The position numbers were made by a program, and so were the translations under genes. 29,284 bases of DNA, from the NCBI GenBank assembly GCA_029974275.1, contig JARKSN010000267.1:1-29284 (forward strand). The letters run 5' to 3'. This stretch comes from Candidatus Hydrogenedentota bacterium. GTDB lineage: Bacteria > Hydrogenedentota > Hydrogenedentia > Hydrogenedentales > SLHB01. Position 1 is the first letter of the stretch. The number at the start of each line of letters is the position of its first letter. The notes below the pieces were generated by a model, which worked only from the letters and a program-made list of their open reading frames with translations, did not search any database and was not told where the DNA came from. This document shows positions 15,934-25,546 of the stretch, piece by piece.

Positions 15934-17316
15934 TCATTTTCCAATGCAGAACTGCGCAAAAATGCGATCCAGAATTTCTTCGGAGGTGGTCTCGCCGGTA
16001 ATTTCGCCCAATGCGGCAATCGCCTCTCGAAGATCGAGACTGAGAAATTCGGGGCTGGCGTCATAGTGAGCCAGGAGGCGGTCTAGCGCATCGGCGGCGC
16101 GGCGCAGACTGTCGCGTTGATGCGCGCGGGTGATGAGGGCTTGTTCGGGGGTGACGGCGTTCGCCCCGAGCAAGAGTTGAGCGATTGCCTCCTCGAGCGC
16201 GACGATCCCCTCGCCGGTAACAGAGGAAACGGCGCATACGGTCTTGAACCGTCCCAGCCAATCCGCCTGAAACGCGCGCGCATGCGGCAGATCGATCTTG
16301 TTGACGACGGCAATGCTGGGCGCGTCCAAGGCGAGCGCATCCTCGGCCAAAACCGCGTTCTCCGGGCCGTCCGACTCGGAACCGTCCACAACCAACAGCA
16401 CGGCCTCGGCCTGTCCCATCGCCGCGCGCGCCGCCCGAACGCCAGCTTGCTCGGCCTCGTCGCGAGCATGGCGCAGTCCCGCCGTGTCAGCCAGGCGCAC
16501 AGGAACGCCCCCGACAACGCACGTTTCTTCGAGCAGGTCGCGAGTGGTGCCGGGCTGTGCGGTGACAATGGCGCGCGCTTCGCGCAACATCGCGTTGAAC
16601 AGACTCGATTTCCCCGCATTCGGGCGCCCCACAATGGCGATGCGCGCACCTTCACGATAGCGACGGCCCGACTCGGCAGTGCGCAGGAGTTCGATCATGT
16701 GTTCGTGCGCGCCTTCCAGACGTATGCGCAGGGTCTCGTTCACGAGTTCAGGCAGGTCTTCGTCGGGAAAATCGATGGAGGCTTCCACGTGCGCCAAGGC
16801 CCCAACGAGGGTTTCGTTGAGCGCGCGTATCTCGCGTGACAGACGGCCCGACGCGGCCGTCGAGGCGGCGCGCAAGGCGGCTTGGCTCTGCGCCCGAATG
16901 CGGTCGATGACCGCCTCGGCCTGAACGAGGTCGATACGCCCATTCAAGAAGGCGCGCAGAGTGAATTCGCCCGGACGGGCCAAGCGGGCGCCCTGCGCCA
17001 GCACGCTTTCCAAGATCGCCTGAAGAGGCGCGGCCCCGCCGTGTCCGTTGATCTCGACAACGTCCTCGCGGGTGTAACTGTGCGGCGCGCGCATGACGTG
17101 CACCAGGACTTCGTCGAGAATTCCGGCGGCGGCGCGCACTTCGCCATGAAAAACGCGGCCGGGACTCGTGCGAATGTCCCGGCCTGTCGTGGATACGAAT
17201 ATCGCGTGCGTCATGCGGATGGCTTCGGGCCCGCTCACCCGCACGATGCCAATGCCGCCTTCGCCCGGAGGCGTCGACACGGCAACGATGGTGTCTTCAG
17301 GATTCCTCGGACTCAC
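15934..17316 (-). CDS. mnmE: tRNA modification GTPase MnmE (TrmE)
   Basis: DTIVAVSTPPGEGGIGIVRVSG, SYTREDVVEI, GRPNAGKSS, GTTRD, DTAG, NKID, C-terminal FCIGK. Confidence 0.98.
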   Translation of the reverse strand: MSPRNPEDTIVAVSTPPGEGGIGIVRVSGPEAIRMTHAIFVSTTGRDIRTSPGRVFHGEVRAAAGILDEVLVHVMRAPHSYTREDVVEINGHGGAAPLQAILESVLAQGARLARPGEFTLRAFLNGRIDLVQAEAVIDRIRAQSQAALRAASTAASGRLSREIRALNETLVGALAHVEASIDFPDEDLPELVNETLRIRLEGAHEHMIELLRTAESGRRYREGARIAIVGRPNAGKSSLFNAMLREARAIVTAQPGTTRDLLEETCVVGGVPVRLADTAGLRHARDEAEQAGVRAARAAMGQAEAVLLVVDGSESDGPENAVLAEDALALDAPSIAVVNKIDLPHARAFQADWLGRFKTVCAVSSVTGEGIVALEEAIAQLLLGANAVTPEQALITRAHQRDSLRRAADALDRLLAHYDASPEFLSLDLREAIAALGEITGETTSEEILDRIFAQFCIGK

Positions 17317-18445
17317 GGCTCATTGGCGCCGCGGCGGCATCTTCCGGGCGTTGCTCCTGATCGTCGGGCCGACGCAATGGCCGACGTCGTCCGCCGCGCC
17401 GCGATCCGCCGCGCCCCCGTTCACCCGATTCGCCCTCGGCAGACGACTCCCTCGGCGCAATGATGACCGTCCGCTCGGCGGCTTCGCCGACGCTGTAGGT
17501 CTTCACGTCCGGGTCGTCCTGCAAGGTCATATGAATGATGCGACGTTCCTGCGGACTCAACGGCCGGAGCCGCAACTTGCGTCCGCTCTCGCGAACGCGC
17601 GCCGCCATGTCGCGCGCCATTTCCTCCAAACTTGTCCGCCGCCGTTCAATGTACCCCTCGATATCGATCACGATGCGATCGCTGTCCTCGGGCTGATCGG
17701 CCGTGTGGACCATCCGGTTGATGAGATACTGCATCGCGGCAAGGTTGCGTCCCTTGCGCCCGATGAGAATGGCCGAATCCGGCGACTCGACCGTAAGGCA
17801 CAGACCGGCGTCCTCGGTCTGGGTAGCCGTCACTTTCGCCTCGATGTTCATCTTCTGAATCATCTGCTCCAACAGCGAAACGGCTTCCAAAACGCGCGCC
17901 TCGGAAAGCGGCTCGCGGGGAGCCTTCGGTTCCGTCGGCTCCGCGGGCCGCTCTGGTCTCGGAACGCTCCGACGCTCTTGCCGTTCGGGACGGTCCGCCC
18001 GCTCCGGCCGCGGGCTGCGTTCGCCGCGGGGTTCAGGACGAGGCGGGCGATCGGGACGGTCCGGCCGGTTGCCGCTGCGTTCTGGGCGGCTCGGACCTTG
18101 CGTCCGCGCCCCGGACGGCGCCCCGCCGCGCGGGGCCGGGGCTTGTTGTTGGGGTTGCCGCTGCGGCGGTTGGGGCCGCGGGGTCTGGGACTGGGGCTGG
18201 GGCTGACGCGGTCGTTGCTCGCGCGCTTCCTGGCGTGGGGGGCGCTGCGAACGCGCTGGCGGCTCGTCGGGCAAGTGTTCGGCGGTAACCTGGATTCGGA
18301 CCGGTCGCGATCCCAACCCAAAGAACCCCGAACTGCCTTCGTCGAGTATCTCGACGTGGACCTCATCGCGTTCGACGCCGAGTTTCAAGAGGGCGCTTTC
18401 AATCGCTTCCTGGCGCGTTTTCGCCGTGACTTCAATTTTTCGCAT
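17297..18445 (-). CDS. jag: RNA-binding protein Jag/KhpB (Jag-N, KH, R3H)
   Basis: Jag-N (VTAKTRQEAI...GFFGLG), KH (ILIGRKGRNLAAMQYL), R3H (ERRIIH...SVGE); lies between yidC and mnmE. Confidence 0.95.
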   Translation of the reverse strand: MRKIEVTAKTRQEAIESALLKLGVERDEVHVEILDEGSSGFFGLGSRPVRIQVTAEHLPDEPPARSQRPPRQEAREQRPRQPQPQSQTPRPQPPQRQPQQQAPAPRGGAPSGARTQGPSRPERSGNRPDRPDRPPRPEPRGERSPRPERADRPERQERRSVPRPERPAEPTEPKAPREPLSEARVLEAVSLLEQMIQKMNIEAKVTATQTEDAGLCLTVESPDSAILIGRKGRNLAAMQYLINRMVHTADQPEDSDRIVIDIEGYIERRRTSLEEMARDMAARVRESGRKLRLRPLSPQERRIIHMTLQDDPDVKTYSVGEAAERTVIIAPRESSAEGESGERGRGGSRRGGRRRPLRRPDDQEQRPEDAAAAPMSRESEES

Positions 18446-18505
18446 CGTTCTCTCCTCGCTTCGTGCGCGGACGCGCGCCGGGACCGCTAGAAACGTGCGG
18501 CCGGC

Positions 18506-20401
18506 TCAGGACTTAGGCTTGGGGGCCCGCTTGCTGTCTTCTTTCGCTTCTTTCGCCATGCGCCGTTTTCGGGCTTGCGCCGCGGCATAGAAGTGCATGC
18601 GTTTGCGCGGGGGTCTCTTCGCCGTCACGTCCGCTTGACTCACCTTTATGAGCGGCTGCTGGGCAATGCCCAACAGCGTGCTGACCAATATGTAAAGGTT
18701 CAGGCCGGAAGCCATGTTATAACAGATGACGCTGAAAAACACCGGCATCACCGTCATGATGATCTTCTGTTGCGGGTTCTGCGACGGACCCGATGCCGGA
18801 ACGATTTTCTGACTCACCACCATCGCCAAGGCCATCAACACGGGCAGAATGTTGAAATGGTCCAACGCGCCCCCGAAAAAGGGAATGACCTCCCCGCCGG
18901 GAATCCGGAACAAGCGATCCGGCTGCGAAAGGTCCTCTATCCACAAAAACGGCGCGCCCCTCAATTCGAACGCGCTCAACAACATCCGGTACAGCGCGAA
19001 AAACACCGGCATTTGCAGCAACATCGGCAAACAACCGCTGAGAGGACTGATGCCGCGTTCGCGGTACAGCTCCATTATCTTCCGCTGTTGTTCTTGCGGA
19101 TTGTCGGGATATTTTTTCTTGATCTCCTCCATCTCGGGAGCCAAGAGCGACATCCGCTTCATGCTTTTCATGCTCTTGAGCGTCAGCGGGAATAGCGCCA
19201 CGCGCACCAACACGGTCAATAGAATGATGGCCACGCCGTAATTGGGGATAATGCCGTAAAACCAGTTCAGCAAATTCAACAGGGCCTTGGCGAACCAATC
19301 GAGCCACGCCCACGTCGACGATTCATAAAACTTGAGCGCCGTCGGCAACGTCTCCCATGCCATGCCAAGCTGCGTCAAATGCATGGGGCCAAGATACACG
19401 TCGCAGACGGTCGAGGCGGTCGCGCCGGGGTCGATCTGGCATCGCGGCGCGCCGATGCCAAAGCGGAATTGCTTGGGATCGCCATAGGCCATGGCCACGC
19501 CGTTCGGAAATTCCGGCTTGAATGCGACCAGGAAATAGGCGCTCTTGACGCCCAGCCATTCCGATCCGGGAACCTGGGTAAGGGCGGGTCTGCCGTTGTC
19601 GCCCGTCGCGAATTTGGACGTGGCCAGAAACTGGTTTTGCTGGTCTTTGCGCCAAATCAGCGTCTGCGCGATGCCCTTTTCCATGTCCTTCGAGCTGATG
19701 TTCGGCCCCCACGCGAGAAAATAGGCGGGCGTCTGATCAAGCCCGAGAATCAGCGGATCGCCGCGGTGATTCTCGATGTCCACGCCAACCTTCACGACGT
19801 TGGGCCGATCGGTCAACCTGTAGGATTTGCGCACTGTCATCAGCCCCGGCACGGTCAACGCAAATGTCGCGGACTCGCCCGAAGGATCGACCTTCGCCTC
19901 AAACCGGCGATGGTTCAAGACATCGCCCAACGCCGCATCCGAGAAGTACAGGCTGAACGGATACACCGGCTCCGCCGCGTCCGGCTGGTCCGGAACCAAT
20001 TGGACGGGATCGCCATGCTGTTCGCCAAGTTTGATCAGCGCCGCCTTCAAGCGCGCGCCCGCTTTGGTGAACGTCAAACGCAATTGGTCGTTCTCAAGAA
20101 CGACCTCGTCTTCCGGCGTCTCCGGGCTGGCGACCGGCGGCAACGCCGCGTTCAGGTCCGGAGCCTCCAACGCGCTATAACGAGGCAACGCCCGCTCCGA
20201 TAGCGTGTCCTGATAGGCGCTCGTCTCCGCGCCGCGCGAAGTCGCTGGCTGCGCGGCGACGGGCGGCTGCGGCGCCGCGGGTTGCGGGGCTTGGGCGTAC
20301 TTCGGGAGGAAGTACATCATGTAGAAAAGAAGCCCCGCCATTAACATCAGCGCGACGATGCTGTTGCGCGTCGCGGTCTTGTCTTGATCGTCATCAACCA
20401 C
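18506..20401 (-). CDS. yidC: Membrane protein insertase YidC
   Basis: N-terminal TM segment, large periplasmic domain, NYGVAIILLT, GCLPMLLQMPVFFALY, WIEDLSQPD, SGLNLY; operon context. Confidence 0.97.
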   Translation of the reverse strand: MVDDDQDKTATRNSIVALMLMAGLLFYMMYFLPKYAQAPQPAAPQPPVAAQPATSRGAETSAYQDTLSERALPRYSALEAPDLNAALPPVASPETPEDEVVLENDQLRLTFTKAGARLKAALIKLGEQHGDPVQLVPDQPDAAEPVYPFSLYFSDAALGDVLNHRRFEAKVDPSGESATFALTVPGLMTVRKSYRLTDRPNVVKVGVDIENHRGDPLILGLDQTPAYFLAWGPNISSKDMEKGIAQTLIWRKDQQNQFLATSKFATGDNGRPALTQVPGSEWLGVKSAYFLVAFKPEFPNGVAMAYGDPKQFRFGIGAPRCQIDPGATASTVCDVYLGPMHLTQLGMAWETLPTALKFYESSTWAWLDWFAKALLNLLNWFYGIIPNYGVAIILLTVLVRVALFPLTLKSMKSMKRMSLLAPEMEEIKKKYPDNPQEQQRKIMELYRERGISPLSGCLPMLLQMPVFFALYRMLLSAFELRGAPFLWIEDLSQPDRLFRIPGGEVIPFFGGALDHFNILPVLMALAMVVSQKIVPASGPSQNPQQKIIMTVMPVFFSVICYNMASGLNLYILVSTLLGIAQQPLIKVSQADVTAKRPPRKRMHFYAAAQARKRRMAKEAKEDSKRAPKPKS

Positions 20402-20477
20402 CGTATATATCCAATATATCCAGGAAGTTAGAGACGGGCTTCATCGCCCGTCCCGTCGCGCGCTGGGCCGCAACGCT

Positions 20478-20687
20478 CTACGGCACCGGATCGTAGCCGC
20501 CCCGGCAAAACGGCTGACACCTCAAGATACGCCACAATGCGTACCCCGCGCCTTTCACCACGCCGTGCTTCGTAAGCGCGCCAATCGCATACTGCGAACA
20601 ACTGGGCAAGAACCGGCACTGCGCCCCCAGCAAGGGGGACAGCATAAGCTGATATGCGCGAATGCACGCCACCAGCAGCCTAACCAT
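20478..20687 (-). CDS. yidD: Membrane protein insertion efficiency factor YidD
   Basis: YQLMLSP...CRFLPSCSQY...RILRCQPF..GGYDPVP. Confidence 0.96.
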   Translation of the reverse strand: MVRLLVACIRAYQLMLSPLLGAQCRFLPSCSQYAIGALTKHGVVKGAGYALWRILRCQPFCRGGYDPVP

Positions 20688-21036
20688 GAATCATGCCCTC
20701 TCGCCTCAGCAAATCGCGCACCGCCCGATGGCATTCATGAAAATCATATTCGGACGCAACGCGGCGAGCGATGAACACCACGTGAACCTCTTCGGGCAAT
20801 TCGGGCCGGCACGCCCGCACCGCCTCTCGCAAATGCCGCTTCACTCGATTGCGAACCGTCGCCCCCCCCACCTTGCGCGACACCGTGAACCCGATCTTCC
20901 GGCCTTGCCCCTCCCGGCGCCATGCATAGCACACCAGTCCCGCCCCGACGCATTTGCGGCCGTTTTCGTATACCGCCAAAAACTCGCGCTTGCGCGTCAG
21001 GCGTTCTTGCCTCGGAAAGCCATACATCCCCGGCAC
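20680..21036 (-). CDS. rnpA: Ribonuclease P protein component
   Basis: RLTRKREF, GFTVSRKVGGATVRNRVKR (RNR motif). The start could alternatively be ATG 21027. Confidence 0.96.
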   Translation of the reverse strand: MPGMYGFPRQERLTRKREFLAVYENGRKCVGAGLVCYAWRREGQGRKIGFTVSRKVGGATVRNRVKRHLREAVRACRPELPEEVHVVFIARRVASEYDFHECHRAVRDLLRREGMIHG

Positions 21037-21049
21037 GGCAGCAAACCGC

Positions 21050-21184
21050 CTATACCGACAGCCTTCTCCGGCCTTTGCGGCGGCGGCGGCGGATCACGTC
21101 ACGGCCCGTGGCCGTAGCCATCCGCTTCAAAAACCCGTGCGTGCGCTTGCGCTTGATCACCGACGGTTGAAACGTCTGTTTCAC
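21050..21184 (-). CDS. rpmH: 50S ribosomal protein L34 (44 aa)
   Basis: Manual translation from GTG 21184 (after AGGAG): [44 protein letters not shown]. Too short to appear in the ORF track. Confidence 0.97.
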   Translation of the reverse strand: MKQTFQPSVIKRKRTHGFLKRMATATGRDVIRRRRRKGRRRLSV

Positions 21185-21285
21185 GATTCACTCCTCGCTC
21201 CGCTGCATCCCGACATGCAGCGCCATCGCACGGCCCGCCCTTTCCATGGCAAAGCCGCTCACCCAATCCTAAACATAAGCGCAAC

Positions 21286-21315
21286 ACTATAGTAAACGAA
21301 AGTGTTACGAGTCAA
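21286..21315 (-). promoter_or_regulatory. Putative sigma70 promoter for the rpmH operon
   Basis: Minus strand TTGACT (21315-21310), 18-nt spacer, TATAGT (21291-21286), in a locally AT-rich patch. Confidence 0.7.
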
Positions 21316-21481
21316 ATTCGCCGCGCGCCGCCGCGTCGCAAGGGGTCCGGCTTCGTTTTCAGGCGAGTCGCGCGCTTGGCGCGCCTGCAACCCATCTGCT
21401 ATTCTACCGCGCACGGCGCGCAGACAATCCGCGTTGCCTTCTTCCACAAAAGGCCGTCCATGCAGAAGGAGAAAGCGCCTC

Positions 21482-22761
21482 ATGAGCCGCATTCACGCCA
21501 TCGGGATCGTCGTTGCGCTGGCGGCGGCGAGCGCCGCCGCCCATGCGGCCCCCAGCAAGGATTTTTTCATCAGCTTCTGGTTCGGGCTTCCGGACTTGGC
21601 GCCGCAAACCGTGCAAAGCGTTGCGGCGGCGAATTACACAACAGCCATGATCAGCGGTTCCCCGGAGGATATCCATGCGGCGATGGACCTGTGCCGCGCA
21701 CATGGGCTCACCGCGCTGATCGTCGATCCGCGCATCACCGCCGCCTACGGCTGGACGCTCCTGGCGGAAGACCCTTTGAAGCGCGTGGAGGCGCACGATG
21801 TCCCTTGGCCGAGGTCCAGAGCCGGATCGACGCGGTCGTCCGCGATCACGCGGATCATCCCGCCCTTTGGGGATACCTCGTGACGGATGAGCCAAGCGCC
21901 TCACAGTTCGCCCGCCTGCGCGAGATTCGCCAAGCCTTGCGGCGCCGCGACCCCGGGCATGCGGCGCTTGTGAATCTCTTTCCCACCTATGCGTCCCCGG
22001 ATGTTCTGGGGTGCGCGACGTATGACGCGTACGTGAAGCGTTTCGTGAAAACCGTGCGGCCCGATCTGCTCTGTTACGATCATTATGCGTTCCTGGCCGA
22101 CGGCGAACGCGCGGACTTTTTCGAAAACATGGAAATCGTCCGGCGCCACGCATTGAAAGCCCGCATTCCGTTTTATTTTGCGCTTCTCACCAGCCAGATC
22201 GAGGAACCGTACCGCCGCCCCACCGAAGCCGAGATTCGCTGGCAGACGTACGCCGCCTTGGCCTACGGCGCAACGGGGCTGATGCATTTCCACATACCCG
22301 GAATACTCGATTCGCCCGAGCGTCATGCCGAGATCGCGCGCATCAACGGGGAAGTCAAAACTCTGGGGCCCACGCTTATGCAGTTGCGTTCCACCGGCGT
22401 TTTTCATGCCGCCGCGTCTCTCCCCGCCGGAACGCGATCGTTCCGAGGGAGCGGTCCCCTTCGGGCGATCGAGGGCGGCGAATTTATCGTCGGCTATTTT
22501 CGCGGCCCCCGGGCCACGCGATACGCGATGATCGTCAACCGCGACTTTAACCGACCGGCGACCGCGCGGGCGCTTCTCGCCCCCGGAACAGCGCCAGAGC
22601 GAATCTGTGAAAAAGACGGACAAGCAGAAGCCATCGCGACCGAGCCCGTCGAAAAAGGCGTCCAGATGACGCTTGCGTTGGAACCGGGCCACGGAGCCTT
22701 GCTCCGTTTCCGTGAACGCCCGAAAGCGGCCGCGGCCTTCGTCCGCGCAAACGCGCCGTGA
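21482..22761 (+). pseudogene. Secreted glycoside-hydrolase-like (TIM-barrel) protein split by a -1 frameshift near 21770-21805 (pseudogene, sequence error or recoding)
   Basis: ATG 21482 after AAGGAG gives a signal peptide (MSRIHAIGIVVALAAASAAAHA) and a protein-like N-terminus to about HDVP. Protein-like sequence continues in the -1 frame (LAEVQSRIDAVVRDHADHPALWGYLVTDEP...VNLFP...YDHY...WQTYAALAYGATG). Confidence 0.7.
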
Positions 22762-22913
22762 CGGCGGCGGGCGCGTGGTTTGCAACGTTCACGGAAACTG
22801 TGGGATGCTGGCGCCTCGCATCAAAACGGATGTGCCGGCCGCAAGAAACGGTTCGGCGAATGCGTGATCGCGGCGCGCAACGCGCGAGTCCGCTTGCCAA
22901 GGAGTTGCGGTAG

Positions 22914-24581
22914 ATGGCGTGGTTGGAGGAACTCTTTCAGGGCACGTCGGTTGCAGCTTCTTTGCTTCTGCTGGGGCTGGTGTCTGCGGCGGGGATGGCG
23001 GCGGGCTCGATTCGGGTGCGCGGCGCGCGTCTGGGGGCGGCGGGCGTGCTGTTCGCCGGCCTTGTTTTTGGCCATTTTCATCTGACGGTCAACCCGCCCG
23101 TTTTGGAGTTCGTGCGCGATTTCGGGCTGGTCCTGTTCGTTTACAGTATTGGGGTTCAGGTGGGGCCGGGTTTCCTCGCGTCTTTGCGGCGCGAGGGAAT
23201 TCCGTTGAATCTCATGGCCGCGACGGTTGTCATCCTGGGGGCGTTTCTCACGGTGGCGATCAGTTTTTTCGGCCGCATCGACATGGCCGTGGCCGCAGGA
23301 CTGTTCTCCGGCGCGACAACCAACACGCCGAGTCTTGCGGCGGCCCAGTCGGCCATCATGGAGCTCGCCCGTTACACGGAGGAGGTGCGCCTGCTGCCGG
23401 GGCTGGGCTATGCGGTCGCCTATCCTTTCGGCGTATTGGGCGTTATCTTGACGATGTTGTTCATCCGGGTCGCGTTCCGGATCGATCGCAAGCAGGAGGC
23501 CCAGGCCTTCCTTGCCGCGCAGGCCGAGGGAACGTCATGTCTCATGCGGATGAACATCGAAGTGCGCAATCCCAATTTGGAAGGCTTGACGCTCGCCGAC
23601 ATCGCGCTCCTGCAAACATCCGGCGTCGTGATTAGCCGCATCCTCCACGGCGAGGTCTTGTCCCTTGCCCACCCCGGAACGCCCCTGCGCCAAGGCGATG
23701 TGCTGCTCGCCGTCGGGTCCGCCGAACGCTTGAAGCAGTTGCAAGTGGCCCTGGGAAGACAAAGCCGCATCGATCTGCTCAGCCTGCCCACCGATCTGGT
23801 GACCCAGCGCATTGTCGTCACGCGGAAGAAAGTGCTGGGAAAGTCCATCGAGGATCTTGGACTGCTCGAACGATACGGCGTCCGGATCACGCGGCTGCGG
23901 CGCGCAGAAAATGAAATGGCGGCTTCCCCCGGCCTGCGCCTGCACTACGGCGACGCCGTGCAGGCGGTCGGCTCGCCCGACGCCGTGTCGCGCGCCGAGG
24001 AAATCTTGGGAAATTCCATCAAGAAACTGCAGCACCCCGAATTGGCTCCTGTGTTTATTGGCGTTATCCTGGGAGTCCTCGTGGGAAGCTGCCCCATCGC
24101 GATCCCGGGCATCCCGGTCCCGGTCAAACTGGGTCTGGCGGGCGGTCCGTTGCTGGTCGCAATCGTGTTGAGTCGTATGGGGCGCATTGGCCCGTTGGTC
24201 TGGTATCTGCCCGCAAGCGCCAACTTGATGATCCGCGAACTGGGGATTTCTCTGTTTTTGGCGTGCGTCGGCCTGAAGGCGGGCGACCGGTTCGTCGCGA
24301 CGCTGTTGCACGGCGACGGCTTTTATTGGATGGGCATGGCGGCCCTGATCACGTTGATTCCCGCGGTGTTGGTCTCGTTGTTCGCCCGTTTGGCGCTTCG
24401 CATGAACTATATGTCCTTATGCGGACTGCTGGCGGGCAGCATGACCGATCCGCCCGCGCTGGCCTTCGCCTGTTCCACCAACGATTCGGAATCGCCGATG
24501 ATTGCCTATGCCACCGTGTATCCCCTCACCATGATCCTGCGCGTCGTCTTCGCGCAGCTCATGGTGCTGGCGTTCATGTAA
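22914..24581 (+). CDS. AspT/YidE/YbjL family putative transporter (two membrane domains flanking two TrkA-C domains)
   Basis: FGLVLFVYSIGVQVGPGF, GLFSGATTNTPSL, YAVAYPFG, hydrophilic middle region, KLGLAGGPL, GSMTDPPAL, YATVYPL. Confidence 0.92.
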   Translation: MAWLEELFQGTSVAASLLLLGLVSAAGMAAGSIRVRGARLGAAGVLFAGLVFGHFHLTVNPPVLEFVRDFGLVLFVYSIGVQVGPGFLASLRREGIPLNLMAATVVILGAFLTVAISFFGRIDMAVAAGLFSGATTNTPSLAAAQSAIMELARYTEEVRLLPGLGYAVAYPFGVLGVILTMLFIRVAFRIDRKQEAQAFLAAQAEGTSCLMRMNIEVRNPNLEGLTLADIALLQTSGVVISRILHGEVLSLAHPGTPLRQGDVLLAVGSAERLKQLQVALGRQSRIDLLSLPTDLVTQRIVVTRKKVLGKSIEDLGLLERYGVRITRLRRAENEMAASPGLRLHYGDAVQAVGSPDAVSRAEEILGNSIKKLQHPELAPVFIGVILGVLVGSCPIAIPGIPVPVKLGLAGGPLLVAIVLSRMGRIGPLVWYLPASANLMIRELGISLFLACVGLKAGDRFVATLLHGDGFYWMGMAALITLIPAVLVSLFARLALRMNYMSLCGLLAGSMTDPPALAFACSTNDSESPMIAYATVYPLTMILRVVFAQLMVLAFM

Positions 24582-24601
24582 CCCTGCACGAGGAACCGAC
24601 C

Positions 24602-25522
24602 ATGCATGTGCTTGTCAGCGGATCGACCGGTCTCATCGGAACGGCGCTTCTCCGCGCATTGCGCGGCGAAGGGCACGCCGTCGCGCGCCTCGTTCGCCCG
24701 GGAGCGCCGTCGGAGCCGGGCGACGTCCTTTGGGATCCCCTGCGCGCGCAAGCGGACGCCGCCGCGTTGGAAGGTTTCGATTCGATCGTGCATCTTGCCG
24801 GCGAAAACATCGCGTCCGGGCGGTGGACAAAGCGCCGCAAGGAACGTTTGTACAAAAGCCGCGTCGACGCGACCGCATTTCTCGCGGAACTCATTTCGAC
24901 GTTGTCGCGCCCGCCGTCCACGTTTATCTGCGCCTCGGCCATCGGGTACTATGGCGACCGCGACACCGAGCGACTGACCGAATCGAGCGCGCCGGGCCAC
25001 GGTTTCTTGTCCGATCTTTGCCGCGCATGGGAAGCGGCGAGCTTGCCGGCGGCCGGATACAGAACGCGGGTCGTCAATCTCCGCTTCGGAATCGTGCTTG
25101 CCGCGCACGGAGGGGCCTTGGCGCGACTGCTGCACCCGTTCCGGCTCGGCGCGGGCGGCGTCATCGGATCGGGCAAGCAATACGTGAGCTGGGTCGCGCT
25201 TGACGACGCCGTCGCCATGACGCGCTTCGCGATGGACAATCCGGACTTGCAAGGAGCCGTCAACGCCGTCGCGCCGCAACCGGTGACGAACGCCGAATGG
25301 ACAAAGGCCCTGGCGACGGTCCTGTCGCGGCCCGCACGGTTGCCGTTGCCCGCGTTCCTTGTGAAAACGCTGTTCGGCGAAATGGGCAAGGCCCTCTTGT
25401 TGTCGAGCCAGCGGGCATACCCGAAACAGTTGATGGACGCCGGGTATCGTTTTTGTTTTCCACGAATCGAGGACGCATTGCGGCATGCGCTGCTGGACGG
25501 GGAGACGCCGCCGCGTTCGTGA
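24602..25522 (+). CDS. TIGR01777-type NAD(P)-binding epimerase-family oxidoreductase (YfcH-like)
   Basis: MHVLVSGSTGLIG Rossmann start, HLAGENI..RWT, SAIGYYG, LCRAWE, GSGKQYVSWV. Start placed at ATG 24602 after GAGGA. Confidence 0.92.
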   Translation: MHVLVSGSTGLIGTALLRALRGEGHAVARLVRPGAPSEPGDVLWDPLRAQADAAALEGFDSIVHLAGENIASGRWTKRRKERLYKSRVDATAFLAELISTLSRPPSTFICASAIGYYGDRDTERLTESSAPGHGFLSDLCRAWEAASLPAAGYRTRVVNLRFGIVLAAHGGALARLLHPFRLGAGGVIGSGKQYVSWVALDDAVAMTRFAMDNPDLQGAVNAVAPQPVTNAEWTKALATVLSRPARLPLPAFLVKTLFGEMGKALLLSSQRAYPKQLMDAGYRFCFPRIEDALRHALLDGETPPRS

Positions 25523-25546
25523 CCGAACCTGCAAGGAGACCCGCGA

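Noticed and set aside
18937..18945. CTATCCACA, a near DnaA box
   Set aside because: Single imperfect copy inside yidC, explained by the encoded LWIE.
22762..22913. Possible riboswitch upstream of the AspT/YidE transporter
   Set aside because: No aptamer consensus or terminator recognisable by eye; an Rfam scan would be needed.
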